Assembly: GCA_020850355.1 (NCBI GenBank)
Contig: JADZEX010000091.1
Location: 35,755 to 99,754, forward strand
Length of the DNA stretch: 64,000 bases
Direction of reading: 5' to 3'
Source: Fimbriimonadaceae bacterium
Lineage (GTDB): Bacteria; Armatimonadota; UBA10988
Shown: positions 55,335 to 64,000 of the stretch, one piece after another
Position numbering within the stretch: the stretch's first letter is position 1
Layout: every line of letters starts with the position of its first letter
Notes under the pieces: model-generated
The model's database searches: none
What the model was told of the DNA's origin: nothing
Seen by the model: the letters and a program-made list of their open reading frames with translations, nothing else
Made by a program: the position numbers and the translations under genes

Positions 55335-58219
55335 ACCGCTCACGGCGGAGCTGGCTGTGGCTCGTGCTGCTCTCGTCGGCGGCCCTGGCGCAGGGCCCGC
55401 CGCGGCTGCAGGCGGTCTTCCCGGCCGGCGGCCGGGCCGGCAGCACCGTCGACGTGGTCCTGCGCGGGGGCCTCTCGGGTGCCTCGCAGATGTTCATCTA
55501 CGGCGAGGGCGTGAGCGGCGAGCTGCAACGGCGCGAAGGCGCCAGCGATGCCAACGGCCGGCGGCTGTTCAACCAGAAGTGCGCCACCTGCCACGAGTTG
55601 CGCTCGCCGGCCAACCGCCAGATGGCGCCGCCGCAGTGGGAGGCGACGGTCGACCGGATGATCAACCAGCGCGGCGCCGACATCAACGCCGCCGACCGCA
55701 AGTTGATCGTGGACTTCCTGCGCGCCGAGGCCGCGGCCGGCGTGGTGCTCGGCAAGGTGACCATCGCCGCCGATGCCAAACCGGGCCTGCGCGAGATTCG
55801 CGTGCTCACCGCGGCGGGTGTCTCGACAGCCTTCCCGTTCTACGTCTCGGGGCTCCCCGAGACCGTCGAGCAGGAGCCGAACGACACGCTCGAGCAGGCC
55901 CGCGAGCTGAGCCTGCCGGCGGTGGTCAACGGCTGCTGCGAGCGGCCGGGCGACCGCGACTACGTCCGCTTCAGCGCCAGGCGTGGCCAACGGCTGCTGC
56001 TGCGCGCGACGGCCTACCGCCTCAACCAGGACTCCCAGAGCTACTTCTCGGCCTGCCTCTACCTGTACAACGCCGCCAAGCAGGAGATCGCCGCCAACCT
56101 GGGTTTCGAGGACCTCGACCCGTTGATCGACTTCACCGTGCCCGACGACGGGGTGTACACCCTGGAGTGCCGCGACCTGCTGTACCGCGGCGGCGCCGCC
56201 AATGTCTACCGGCTGGAAGTCGGCGAGCTGGGCTACCGGCAGAGCATCTATCCGCTCGGCGGTCAACGCGGTGCGGCGCTGCAGGCGCTGGTGACCAGCG
56301 AGAACCAGCCCCACCGCGAGTGGCAGACCACCCTGGCGGCCGACCAGCCGCTCGGGCTGCAGGAGTTCGACACGCCGTTCGGCCTCTTTCGTTTCCACGT
56401 CAGCGCCTACCCCGACATCTTGGACAGCGGTGAGAGTAAGCCGCAGAACGTGCGGCTGCCGTGCGTGATCAACGGCTGGCTGGGCCGGCCGGGTGAGGCC
56501 GACCGGTACGTGCTGAGCGTGCCGGACAGCGAGCCGCAGGTGGTGCGACGCTGGATGGTGGTCGGGCCGTTCGACGGGCAGGACATCGGCGGCCTGGAGC
56601 GCGCGTTTGACCCCGAGCGCGAAATCCTCGGTGGCCGCTTCGACCCGGCGCGGCAGTTCAGCGCCAAGGGCGGGCAGGAGGGTTGGGAGGCCAAGGACGC
56701 CGACGCCACGACCGGCGTGGTCGGCCTGCCGGCGGGCACCAACGAGGTCTGGTACGGCCTCTACTCGTTCGAGTCCCGGCAAGAGGCCTACGGCCTGCTC
56801 TCGATTGGCAGCGACGATGGCTGCAAGGTCTGGCTGAACGGCAGCGTCGTCCACAGCTTCAAGGGCAACCGGCCGGCGCGGCTGGCGACCGACCTGGTGC
56901 CAGTGCGGTTCCGCCGCGGGCCGAACATCGTACTGCTGAAGGTCTTCAACGCCTCGGGGCCGGGTGGCCTGGGCCTGGCCTCGGGCGCGCAGAAGATCGA
57001 TGTCTTCGCCCGCCGGCTGGGCTCCCCGCTGAAGCCGGTGCTGAAGCTGGGCTTCGGCACGCGCTGGCTGTTCCAGTCGACCAACGACTACGACTTCCCG
57101 CAGCGACCGGGCGGCGATGTGCGTTGCGACTGGAGCTTTGCGCAGGGCGGCGAGTACGGGCTGCAGCTCGAGGACGCCGACGGCGCGGGTGGTGAGCGGT
57201 ACGCCTACCGCATCGAGATCGGGCCGGCGCAGCCGAGCGCCACGCTAAAGGTCTTTCCGGCCAACCCGAGTCTGCCCCCGGGCGGCGCGGTGCCGCTGGT
57301 GGTCGAACGCAGCAGCCTGAGCGGCTACGCGGGCGACCTGCGGCTGGTCTTCGAAGGTCTCCCGGCGGGCGTGACGGTGGACGACGCGGTGCTGCCGGCC
57401 GATGTCCCGTCGACCGTCGTGGTGCTCCGGGCGGCAGCGGCCGCCAAGCCCGCGGCGACGGCGCTGCGGGTGTACGGTGAGGTGCCCAGCCTGAGCGGAC
57501 CGCAGCGCTTCGAGGCGACGCCGCAGGACTTCTACCGGATTCAGAACAACGCCTTCCCGATCAGCCGGCGCGGCCTGGTGGCCGCCGTGACCGAGGAAGC
57601 GGCCCCCTACACCTTGACCGCCAGCCCGGCCAGTGTGCCGGTCCGACCGGGGCAGAAGGCCGAGCTGACCGTCACGGTGGACCGCCGGCCGGGGTTCAAC
57701 CAGGACATCAACCTGATCCTGATGGGCCTGCCGCCGAATGTCAGCGGCACCTCGACGGTGATCCGCGCCGACCGGCGCAGCGCCACGCTGGAGCTGAACT
57801 TCAGCGGCAACCTCCGCAACAGCGCCTTCGGGCAGTCGCGGGTGGCGGACGCCTATCGCGTGGTGGCGGTCGGACTGAACGGCGGCGACGGCCTCAGCGG
57901 CGGGACGATGTACTGCAGCCAGCCGATTGTCCTGGAGCCCTACGACCCGACCCGCGAGCCGCGCCAGGCCACCCCACCAGCGACCGCTGGTGGCGCCCGA
58001 CCAGCCCCGAATGCAGGCGAAGCGGCCGGCCGGATGCTGCTCGAGCGGCGCTGCGTGGGCTGCCACGCGCTGTACGATCCCGAGGAAACCAAGAAGTCGC
58101 TGGCCGACTGGACCGCCACGGTCGACCGCATGATCCAAAAGGGCGCCCGCGTCTCGAACGCGGAGCGGGACCAGATTCTGACCTACCTCCGGGCGGTGAC
58201 TGCCCGCCAGACACGCTGA
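55331..58219 (+). CDS. large secreted protein with N- and C-terminal c-type cytochrome domains (CxxCH x2) and internal pre-peptidase-C-terminal-like domains
   Basis: GTG start overlapping upstream stop (GTGA); haem-binding motifs CATCHE and CVGCHA; signal peptide WLWLVLLSSAALA. Confidence 0.7.
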   Translation: MNRSRRSWLWLVLLSSAALAQGPPRLQAVFPAGGRAGSTVDVVLRGGLSGASQMFIYGEGVSGELQRREGASDANGRRLFNQKCATCHELRSPANRQMAPPQWEATVDRMINQRGADINAADRKLIVDFLRAEAAAGVVLGKVTIAADAKPGLREIRVLTAAGVSTAFPFYVSGLPETVEQEPNDTLEQARELSLPAVVNGCCERPGDRDYVRFSARRGQRLLLRATAYRLNQDSQSYFSACLYLYNAAKQEIAANLGFEDLDPLIDFTVPDDGVYTLECRDLLYRGGAANVYRLEVGELGYRQSIYPLGGQRGAALQALVTSENQPHREWQTTLAADQPLGLQEFDTPFGLFRFHVSAYPDILDSGESKPQNVRLPCVINGWLGRPGEADRYVLSVPDSEPQVVRRWMVVGPFDGQDIGGLERAFDPEREILGGRFDPARQFSAKGGQEGWEAKDADATTGVVGLPAGTNEVWYGLYSFESRQEAYGLLSIGSDDGCKVWLNGSVVHSFKGNRPARLATDLVPVRFRRGPNIVLLKVFNASGPGGLGLASGAQKIDVFARRLGSPLKPVLKLGFGTRWLFQSTNDYDFPQRPGGDVRCDWSFAQGGEYGLQLEDADGAGGERYAYRIEIGPAQPSATLKVFPANPSLPPGGAVPLVVERSSLSGYAGDLRLVFEGLPAGVTVDDAVLPADVPSTVVVLRAAAAAKPAATALRVYGEVPSLSGPQRFEATPQDFYRIQNNAFPISRRGLVAAVTEEAAPYTLTASPASVPVRPGQKAELTVTVDRRPGFNQDINLILMGLPPNVSGTSTVIRADRRSATLELNFSGNLRNSAFGQSRVADAYRVVAVGLNGGDGLSGGTMYCSQPIVLEPYDPTREPRQATPPATAGGARPAPNAGEAAGRMLLERRCVGCHALYDPEETKKSLADWTATVDRMIQKGARVSNAERDQILTYLRAVTARQTR

Positions 58220-58232
58220 CCACCGCCGCCGG

Positions 58233-58368
58233 CTGTTTCACGTGAAACAGCACCAGACCCCGGCCGCCAAGGTGGCGCTGCCGCGGCGGCGGGGCCAATC
58301 CGGTGAACCCCGGCGCTCCGGGCGCCGTGTTTCACGTGAAACAGCGCGAGGTGTTTCACGTGAAACAG
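58233..58368. repeat. array of 3 palindromic repeats at 58233, 58327, 58351 (last two only 24 bp apart)
   Basis: Seen in sequence between convergent genes. Confidence 0.9.
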
Positions 58369-58400
58369 CGCCCCACTCCGGTCGCCGTCAGCGATCCGTG

Positions 58401-59066
58401 CTACGGCTTGTCGGTGCGCAGGATCGTGATCAGCGTCTGGTTCGCGACGCGGGCGATGCTGACCGTGAACTGCACCTTGGGATGTACCTTGATCAACGTC
58501 GCGGTCCGCCCGGCGGCGGTGGTGCGGCTGGAGTTGGCCAGCAGCGGCTGACCCAGGGCCTGCTCATAGAAGGCGTGGGCCTCGGCGACGCTGGCGCTGG
58601 TGCTGAGCTGGACGATGGTGGTGCGCCCGCTGGCGGTGGTGCTGACGGTGGCGAGGCCCTGCTTGGCGCGCGGGAACAGGCGCAGCCCGAGGCTGGCGTC
58701 GGTGACGGTGGTGCGGCCGGGCACCTGCGGCGCCGCTTTCCCCGGCCGGGTCGCGGCCGGCGGGGCCGCTGCGGCGGGCCGGGTCGTCGTCGCGTTGGCG
58801 GCGGGAGCTGGCCGGCCGGGCGGCGCGTCGCGGTCGGACGGCGGCGGCGCTGGCGCGGCTGAGGAGTTGGGCAAGGCGGTCTCGGCCGCTGCCGGCGGGG
58901 CCTCGGCGGCGCTGGTCGGGGGCGCCGCGGCCGCCGTGGGCGGAGTCGCCGGCGGAGCCGCCCCGGCAGGCCGCTCCGTGGTCTGCGTCGCATCGCGAGG
59001 CACGCAGGCGGTCAGCAGGAGCATGGTGCACCCGGCCGCCGACCACCACCGAGTGAGTCTAAGCAT
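58401..59066 (-). CDS. lipoprotein with Pro/Ala-rich linker and small C-terminal domain
   Basis: ATG at 59066; lipobox LLLTAC; long PA-rich low-complexity linker. Start could instead be at 59102. Confidence 0.45.
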   Translation of the reverse strand: MLRLTRWWSAAGCTMLLLTACVPRDATQTTERPAGAAPPATPPTAAAAPPTSAAEAPPAAAETALPNSSAAPAPPPSDRDAPPGRPAPAANATTTRPAAAAPPAATRPGKAAPQVPGRTTVTDASLGLRLFPRAKQGLATVSTTASGRTTIVQLSTSASVAEAHAFYEQALGQPLLANSSRTTAAGRTATLIKVHPKVQFTVSIARVANQTLITILRTDKP

Positions 59067-59098
59067 ACTCGGCAGCGTGCCACCGGGCGCGGCTGCCG

Positions 59099-59653
59099 TC
59101 AAGCTGGCGGCGACCGCAGGACCACCCGCGCGCGTCGCAGTGGCTGGCCCGTGGCCCGCTGCCAGTAGCCGGGCGTCAGCTCCGCGGCCACGCTTTCGGC
59201 GCTGCAGGCGGGGTCGCGGCGGCGTTCGACCACCTCGTGCCGGCGCGGGTCGTAGGGCTCGCCGAGGGAGGTAAAGGCCTCGACGTCCTGCTCGGCCAGG
59301 AGCTGGCGAAGCTGCTCGCGCGGCAGCTCCAGCGAGCTCAGCCGCGCCAGCAACTCGGTCGGGTCGCTGCTGGGCTGGGCCGCCTGCAGGCTGTCGAGGC
59401 GGTCGAGGACGTCGAGCAGGCCGCGGGCCAAGGTGGCGAAACGGCGTTCCGAGGTCTCCTCGATCCGCCGCACGACATCCAAGAAGGCCTGCGCCGAGGT
59501 GGCCAGGCGCGCGTCGAGGACGTCGTCGATCGCCGCGCGGGTGGCCTGGACGACGGCCGTCAGCTGCGCCAGTTCGGCGGCGGTCGCCTGGTGGTCGCGC
59601 CAGGTCGATTCACGCAGCCCAATCAGGGCGGCGGCCAGGTCGGCGGTGCTCAT
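59099..59653 (-). CDS. GrpE-like nucleotide exchange factor homologue
   Basis: Track ORF; C-terminal region GEPYDPRRHEVV...PGYWQRATGQPLRRARVVL resembles GrpE; helical N-terminal half. Confidence 0.45.
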   Translation of the reverse strand: MSTADLAAALIGLRESTWRDHQATAAELAQLTAVVQATRAAIDDVLDARLATSAQAFLDVVRRIEETSERRFATLARGLLDVLDRLDSLQAAQPSSDPTELLARLSSLELPREQLRQLLAEQDVEAFTSLGEPYDPRRHEVVERRRDPACSAESVAAELTPGYWQRATGQPLRRARVVLRSPPA

Positions 59654-60096
59654 GGGAGGTCCTCCCAGGGATCGATCAGGGCCAGGGCCAGGTGCGCCAG
59701 CAGCCAGGCCTCGAGGGCGTCGTCGGAGGGCAGGGGCGGCGCCGGCTCGGCGGTGATCTCGGCCGCGGTCAGCTCCTCGGCGGTCGGGACTGGCACGACG
59801 GCCAGCGGATCGGAGTCGGGCCAGGGCAGCAGCGTCGCCACGAGGTCAGCCTGCTCCGGCCAGGCCTGGTCTGGTTCGAGGACCAGCCAGTAGCTATCGG
59901 CTGCGGCTAGCGCCGCGGCATCCGGGTCGCGCAGCACCGCCAGGGCGTCGTTCAGAGCCTGCTGCCGGGCCTCGGCGAAGGGCCCTCGGCGGGCCGCCTT
60001 GTAGCACCGCGCAAACGCCGCCTCGACCTCGGCGAGGCTGGCCCGACGGGCCACGTTGAGGCGCGCCGCGGGGCTGTCGAGGGGTTCAGGGAGCAT
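59650..60096 (-). CDS. small hypothetical protein, degenerate J-domain-like N-terminus (no HPD)
   Basis: ATG at 60096 preceded by GGAGGTG; overlaps the upstream TPR gene by 11 nt and the downstream GrpE-like gene by 4 nt. Confidence 0.35.
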   Translation of the reverse strand: MLPEPLDSPAARLNVARRASLAEVEAAFARCYKAARRGPFAEARQQALNDALAVLRDPDAAALAAADSYWLVLEPDQAWPEQADLVATLLPWPDSDPLAVVPVPTAEELTAAEITAEPAPPLPSDDALEAWLLAHLALALIDPWEDLP

Positions 60097-63000
60097 CACC
60101 CACCTCCGGGGCGGCGAGCGCTGCCGCCCGTTCGCGCAAGCGGCGGGCGGCCTCCTGGCGATCCGCCGCCTGCGCCGCCAGGCGCGGGTCGAGGCTGACG
60201 GCCCGCCCGATGAGCTGCTGCAACCGCTCGAACGTCCCGACCATCTGCACTGCCTGGTGGGATCGCGCGGCGCCCGCCGGCGCGGCGGCGAGGGCCTGCA
60301 ACTCGGCCAGCCGGGTGCGGCCCAGCTCGTCGGCCTGGCTGAGGAGCGCAGGCGCGAGCCGCTCGGCGACTTCGCGGCGGAGCTGCCGCGCACTCGCCAC
60401 CAGCTCCGCCGGCAGCTCCAGCGCCAGCGCCTCGTCACAGCGGGCCAGCGCCTGGTCCAGCCGGGCGACGGCCTCGCCCTCGCGGGCCAGGTTGCCGAGG
60501 GAGGTGACCTGATGCAGCCAGGCCTGGGCGAGCGGCACCGGCTCCAGCGCGACCTTGGCAGCGTCGCGCGCGGCGGCGAAGAGGCCCAGCCAGTCGCCGG
60601 CGACACGCCGTTCGCGGCAGGCGTCCAGCAGGCGCTGCTGCAGGATCAGCCGCTGCTCCCGGACCGCCACGGCACGGTCGGGCTGGCGGAGCTCCAGGCC
60701 GGCCAGAAACCCGCCCGCGGCGGCGGCGCCGTGCGCCGTGGCCAGCACCGCGGCATGGTCCAGTTGCACGGCCAGGTCGTCGCCGGCCTGGCGCAGCAGC
60801 AGTTCGGACCGCTGCACCGCCTCCTCGCCGCGGCCGAGGTCGAGCAACGGCTGCAGGCTGGCGCGCAGCGCCTCGTGGTGGTCCGGCCGCAGCAGCAGCA
60901 GGGCCTCCAGATGAGCAACCTCGGGCGCCGGCTGGCCGAGCCGCCGGTAGAGCCGCGCCAGCCGATCGTGGGCGGCCGCGCGGACGGCCACCGGCTCGCC
61001 GGCCGACAGCGCCAGCTCCCGCGCCGCGGCGGCGGCCGCCAGGTCACCGCTGCGCTCCGCCACGATGGCGCGGTTGTGCCAGACGGCCGGTGAGGCGGGC
61101 AGGGCCTCCAAGGTCGCGGCGGCGGCGGCCCCGTCGCCGGCCGCCAACTGGGCAGCGGCCCGCAGGTTGCTGGCGGCAGCGCTCTGGTGTGCGGCGAGCG
61201 CGGCCGCGGCCGCGGCGACCTGGCCCTCGCGCAAGTGCGCGCCGGCAGCGGCCTGCGCCAGCGGTTCGAGCGCCGTCGGCAGGGCGGTCAGCGGGCCGCT
61301 CAAGACGGCCTCGACGGCCGCCAGCGCCGGCTCGTGGGGACCTCCCCGCAGGGGGCCGGCTGCCAGGGCAAAGCGGCTGGCGTCGCCCTGGCGGGCCGCC
61401 AGGCCGGCCCAAGCGAGCTGCAAGGCGGCGTGCTCACGGCAGCGTCGCAGCGCCTGCGGCACGGCCACCGCGGCCGTGTGCGGACGCGCGGGCAGCAGCG
61501 CCAGGACGGCCGCCGGGTTCAGCCGTAGGGCCTCTGGCAGCGCGGCCCAGGCCGCCGGGTCGTCGCCGGGCAGGCTCCAGAACCGCACCCAGGCTGCCGC
61601 CTCGGCGTACCGCGCCGTGACCTCCAGCGCGCCGACGGGCTCGCCACGCCGGCACCGCTGGCAGGCGGCCGTCAGCGCCAGCAGGCCGCGCAGGTCGTCC
61701 GCCAGGGCGGTGTCTAGCGCTGGCGCCAGGGCCTCGAGCAGCGTGCTGGCCGCCGGGTCGTCGGTGTCGAGGGCGGCCGCCACCCGGCGCAGCTCGAGCC
61801 GCCGCCGCTGGTCGCGCGTGAGCTGCGGATGCCACGGCCGGAGCTCCTCCGGCGGCGCCGTGCGGACCGCCAGCTCCAGCCAGGCTGCCCGCCAGCCGGG
61901 CACGTCGGCCGGGCTTGGGGAGTCGCTCGCCAGCAGCCGCCACGGCGTGGCGCTCTGCGCCAGCCGGTGGGCCGCGGGCAGCGCGTCGGCGGTGGCCGCG
62001 GCCAGCGGCGCCAGCGCCAGGCGCTGGCGAGCGGGCGACAACAGGTGGTCGAGCCCCGCGGCCAGCGCTGGCGACGTCCCGCTGCCCTGCGACGACCGCC
62101 AGAGTGCCTGCAGCGCGGTCAAGGTCGGGTGATCCCCCGCTGGCGGCGGCTGGTCGCGCTGCCCGGCCTGCCAGGCGACCAAGAAGAGGCGGGCCGCGAC
62201 CATCGGGTCGGCCGGTTGGCGGGCCTGCAGTTCGCGCAGCAGCGGCAGAGCGCGCGGCCGGTCGTGCTGCCAGGCATGCCGGGCCAGACAAGCCAGTAGC
62301 GGTGCCTGCTGCTCCGCCGGGGCGAGCTGCCAGAGCCGGTCGTCGAGCCGGGGTGCCCACTCGCCGGCCAGCACAGCCGCCGCCAGCCGGGCATGGTTGG
62401 CGGCGTCGCCGGAGTCGAGCTGCAACACCCGCCAGGCCGCCTGTTCGGCGACCGCGCCGCCGCAGCCAAGCAGGTACCGTGGCCAGCGCGGTTCGTCGGG
62501 CTGGGCGGTGGAGGCGGCCGCGACGACCGCCGCTCCCGCTGGCGTCGGTGGCTGTGCGGCGACCCAGGTGGCGGCTCGCAGCAGGAGCTGCTCGCGCTGA
62601 AGTCCGAGCGGCCGCAGCTCGGCGTCGCTGGCGCGGCTGGCAGACCACCAGAGCGCGGCGGCCACCGCCCGGTCGACGGCGGCGTCGCCGCGCACCGTGG
62701 CGGCGGCGAGGAGTAGGGCGCCGCTGTTGTCGCCGGCCTTCCAGGCGGCCTGGTAGGCTGGCAGCGCGGCGGCGCGATAGCGGCCGGTGCGGGCGTCGCA
62801 GCGGGCCACGCCGAGCTGGCCGCGGGAGGTCGCGCCCAGCGCGGCGAAGACCTCCCGGCTGACTTCGTCGTGGCGGCCAAGCAACTCCAGCTCGGCGGCC
62901 AGGCGCTCGACCACCACCGGCTGGCGGTCCTGGCCTTCCTGGAACCGGCGCAGCAGCAGCCGGAAGCCGTCGGCCGAGAGCTCGGGAAGCTGCCGCCAGG

Positions 63001-63493
63001 CGGGCACCAGCAGCCGCCAGAGCTCGTCGCGCGGGGCGGTGAGGTAGGCGCGCTCGACCCACGGCACACCCCACGCGGGCACCTCGCCGCGGCGGCGCCA
63101 GAGTTCGAGCAGACCGTGCTGCGGGCGCGGATCGTCGGGGTCGGCGACCATCGCCTGCCGCCACCACTCCTCGGCTGCAGCGTCCTGGCCGTCTCGTCCC
63201 GCCAGTTCGGCGAGCGCGCAGAGCGAGCCGACATCGCCGGGTGCCAGCTCGTGGGCCTGCCGCAGCCAGGCCGCCGCTTCGCGACGCGGGTCGCTGCCGC
63301 GCCGAGCCGGCAGGGCCAGCACCAGCTCGGCCGCCAGGCGCAGCAGTCCGAGGTCGCGCGGGCTGGCGGCCAGCAGGCGCCGGCAGCAGGTGAGGGCCGT
63401 GGCCTGGTCACCGGCCGCCAGGGCAGCTTGCAGCCTGGCCGTGTCGGCGCCCGGCCCGCTCTGGCTGCCACCGCGCCACCACCTCCGACCCAT
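60086..63493 (-). CDS. large Ala/Leu-rich TPR-like repeat protein
   Basis: Track ORF, 1135 aa; helical-repeat-like composition; no catalytic motif recognised. Low complexity makes boundaries less certain. Confidence 0.5.
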   Translation of the reverse strand: MGRRWWRGGSQSGPGADTARLQAALAAGDQATALTCCRRLLAASPRDLGLLRLAAELVLALPARRGSDPRREAAAWLRQAHELAPGDVGSLCALAELAGRDGQDAAAEEWWRQAMVADPDDPRPQHGLLELWRRRGEVPAWGVPWVERAYLTAPRDELWRLLVPAWRQLPELSADGFRLLLRRFQEGQDRQPVVVERLAAELELLGRHDEVSREVFAALGATSRGQLGVARCDARTGRYRAAALPAYQAAWKAGDNSGALLLAAATVRGDAAVDRAVAAALWWSASRASDAELRPLGLQREQLLLRAATWVAAQPPTPAGAAVVAAASTAQPDEPRWPRYLLGCGGAVAEQAAWRVLQLDSGDAANHARLAAAVLAGEWAPRLDDRLWQLAPAEQQAPLLACLARHAWQHDRPRALPLLRELQARQPADPMVAARLFLVAWQAGQRDQPPPAGDHPTLTALQALWRSSQGSGTSPALAAGLDHLLSPARQRLALAPLAAATADALPAAHRLAQSATPWRLLASDSPSPADVPGWRAAWLELAVRTAPPEELRPWHPQLTRDQRRRLELRRVAAALDTDDPAASTLLEALAPALDTALADDLRGLLALTAACQRCRRGEPVGALEVTARYAEAAAWVRFWSLPGDDPAAWAALPEALRLNPAAVLALLPARPHTAAVAVPQALRRCREHAALQLAWAGLAARQGDASRFALAAGPLRGGPHEPALAAVEAVLSGPLTALPTALEPLAQAAAGAHLREGQVAAAAAALAAHQSAAASNLRAAAQLAAGDGAAAAATLEALPASPAVWHNRAIVAERSGDLAAAAAARELALSAGEPVAVRAAAHDRLARLYRRLGQPAPEVAHLEALLLLRPDHHEALRASLQPLLDLGRGEEAVQRSELLLRQAGDDLAVQLDHAAVLATAHGAAAAGGFLAGLELRQPDRAVAVREQRLILQQRLLDACRERRVAGDWLGLFAAARDAAKVALEPVPLAQAWLHQVTSLGNLAREGEAVARLDQALARCDEALALELPAELVASARQLRREVAERLAPALLSQADELGRTRLAELQALAAAPAGAARSHQAVQMVGTFERLQQLIGRAVSLDPRLAAQAADRQEAARRLRERAAALAAPEVGDAP

Positions 63494-63549
63494 CGGCTGC
63501 CCTTCCGTGGGGATCCTAGCCGGCGGCTGCGGCGCCTGTCAAACGGGCC

Positions 63550-64000
63550 TCAGGCGCCCGCCGCGGCGTGCCACATCGTGGCATCGGGCAGGCGCCCGCT
63601 GCTGAAGTCGAGGCCGCACGCCTCGCAGGCCGGCTGGGCAGGGTCGTCCAGCGGGCTGCCACAGTGGCCACAGCAGGGCTGCTCGCGGTCGGCCACCGTG
63701 GCGAGGGTGACCCGTCCCAGCAGGTAGGGCCGGAAGACCAGGCCACAGAAGCTGCAGGCGGTGGCTCCATCGTTGAGACCGGCGCCGCACCAGGGGCAGC
63801 TCTTGAGGGTGCTCCAGCGGGCGGCCAGGTTCGCGAGCTCGTCGTCGGTGAGCTGCTCGCTGAAGTCGGGCTCCGGCTCGGGCGGTGGCGGGGGAAACTG
63901 CAGCTCGCGCTGGCAGCCCAGGCAGACCGTCGCTTCCCAGGCCAGCGGCCGCCCGCAGGCGCCACAGGCGGTGCTGGTCTGGCCGGCCGCCTCGACCTGC
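63550..64000 (-). CDS. zinc-ribbon domain protein with multiple CxxC pairs, 5' end truncated by window end
   Basis: Own translation of a minus frame running off the window: ...TACGACGRPLAWEATVCLGCQ...CPWCGAGL...CSFCGLVF...CCGHCGSPL...CEACGLDF; stop at 63550..63552. Confidence 0.45.
   Translation of the reverse strand, partial: QVEAAGQTSTACGACGRPLAWEATVCLGCQRELQFPPPPPEPEPDFSEQLTDDELANLAARWSTLKSCPWCGAGLNDGATACSFCGLVFRPYLLGRVTLATVADREQPCCGHCGSPLDDPAQPACEACGLDFSSGRLPDATMWHAAAGA

Noticed and set aside
53955-56854. Minus-strand ORFs 53955-55343 and 55340-56854
   Set aside because: Antisense to the DUF1501 and cytochrome c genes, which have a Tat signal and CxxCH motifs.
3904-58368. Palindromic repeat arrays as CRISPR arrays
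   Set aside because: Repeat unit is only 16-18 bp, arrays have at most three units, the same repeat recurs at seven separate loci, spacers within a locus are partly similar to each other, and no cas genes are present.
3569-58862. Track ORFs beginning with or containing FHVKQ, ending in CFT, or containing VSRET (for example 3805-4011, 8491-8895, 19110-19316, 30373-31239, 45726-45980, 58242-58862, 58303-58551)
   Set aside because: These peptides are the three-frame translations of the palindrome CTGTTTCACGTGAAACAG on either strand; the ORFs are artefacts seeded by repeat copies.
61434-63167. ORFs on both strands inside the TPR-like gene (61065-62132 +, 61434-63167 -, 62119-63471 -)
   Set aside because: The region is extremely low-complexity, so several frames stay open; the longest frame with a consistent helical-repeat pattern and operon continuity was kept. 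Confidence in this gene is only moderate.
1-64000. tRNA, rRNA, transposase, integrase or phage genes
   Set aside because: No cloverleaf-like tRNA segments, rRNA-like regions or recognisable transposase/integrase motifs were found by reading the translations and intergenic regions; a tRNA scan and IS search would be needed to be certain.

Overview
Very GC-rich window (about 70% by eye) with dense coding on both strands and about 45 protein-coding genes; I found no rRNA, tRNA, CRISPR array, transposase or integrase. Several gene families typical of Planctomycetota are present (H-X9-DG/DUF1559, DUF1549/DUF1553 plus DUF1501 pairs, Planctomycete-type cytochrome c domains, GH57, tandem FGE-sulfatase domains), so the lineage is inferred as Planctomycetota-like. 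Recognisable housekeeping genes include panB, panD, glgC, a fused homocysteine S-methyltransferase/MTHFR, an ECF cobalt/nickel transporter and alkaline phosphatase. The most striking signal is not a gene: a perfect palindrome with core TGTTTCACGTGAAACA occurs 19 times in 7 intergenic loci, usually as arrays of three copies about 45 bp apart, and every locus sits at a boundary between transcription units. Other candidates worth follow-up are a secreted lipoprotein / Flp-like pilin / aspartyl-protease-propeller operon, a NERD-propeller membrane protein, a glycogen cluster under two-component control, a SARP-WD40 regulator, and a TPR / J-like / GrpE-like operon. Gene calls were made by choosing the frame whose translation shows recognisable domain motifs; the many long ORFs on the opposite strand are treated as shadow ORFs. 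All domain assignments are from reading the translations by eye, not from database searches.
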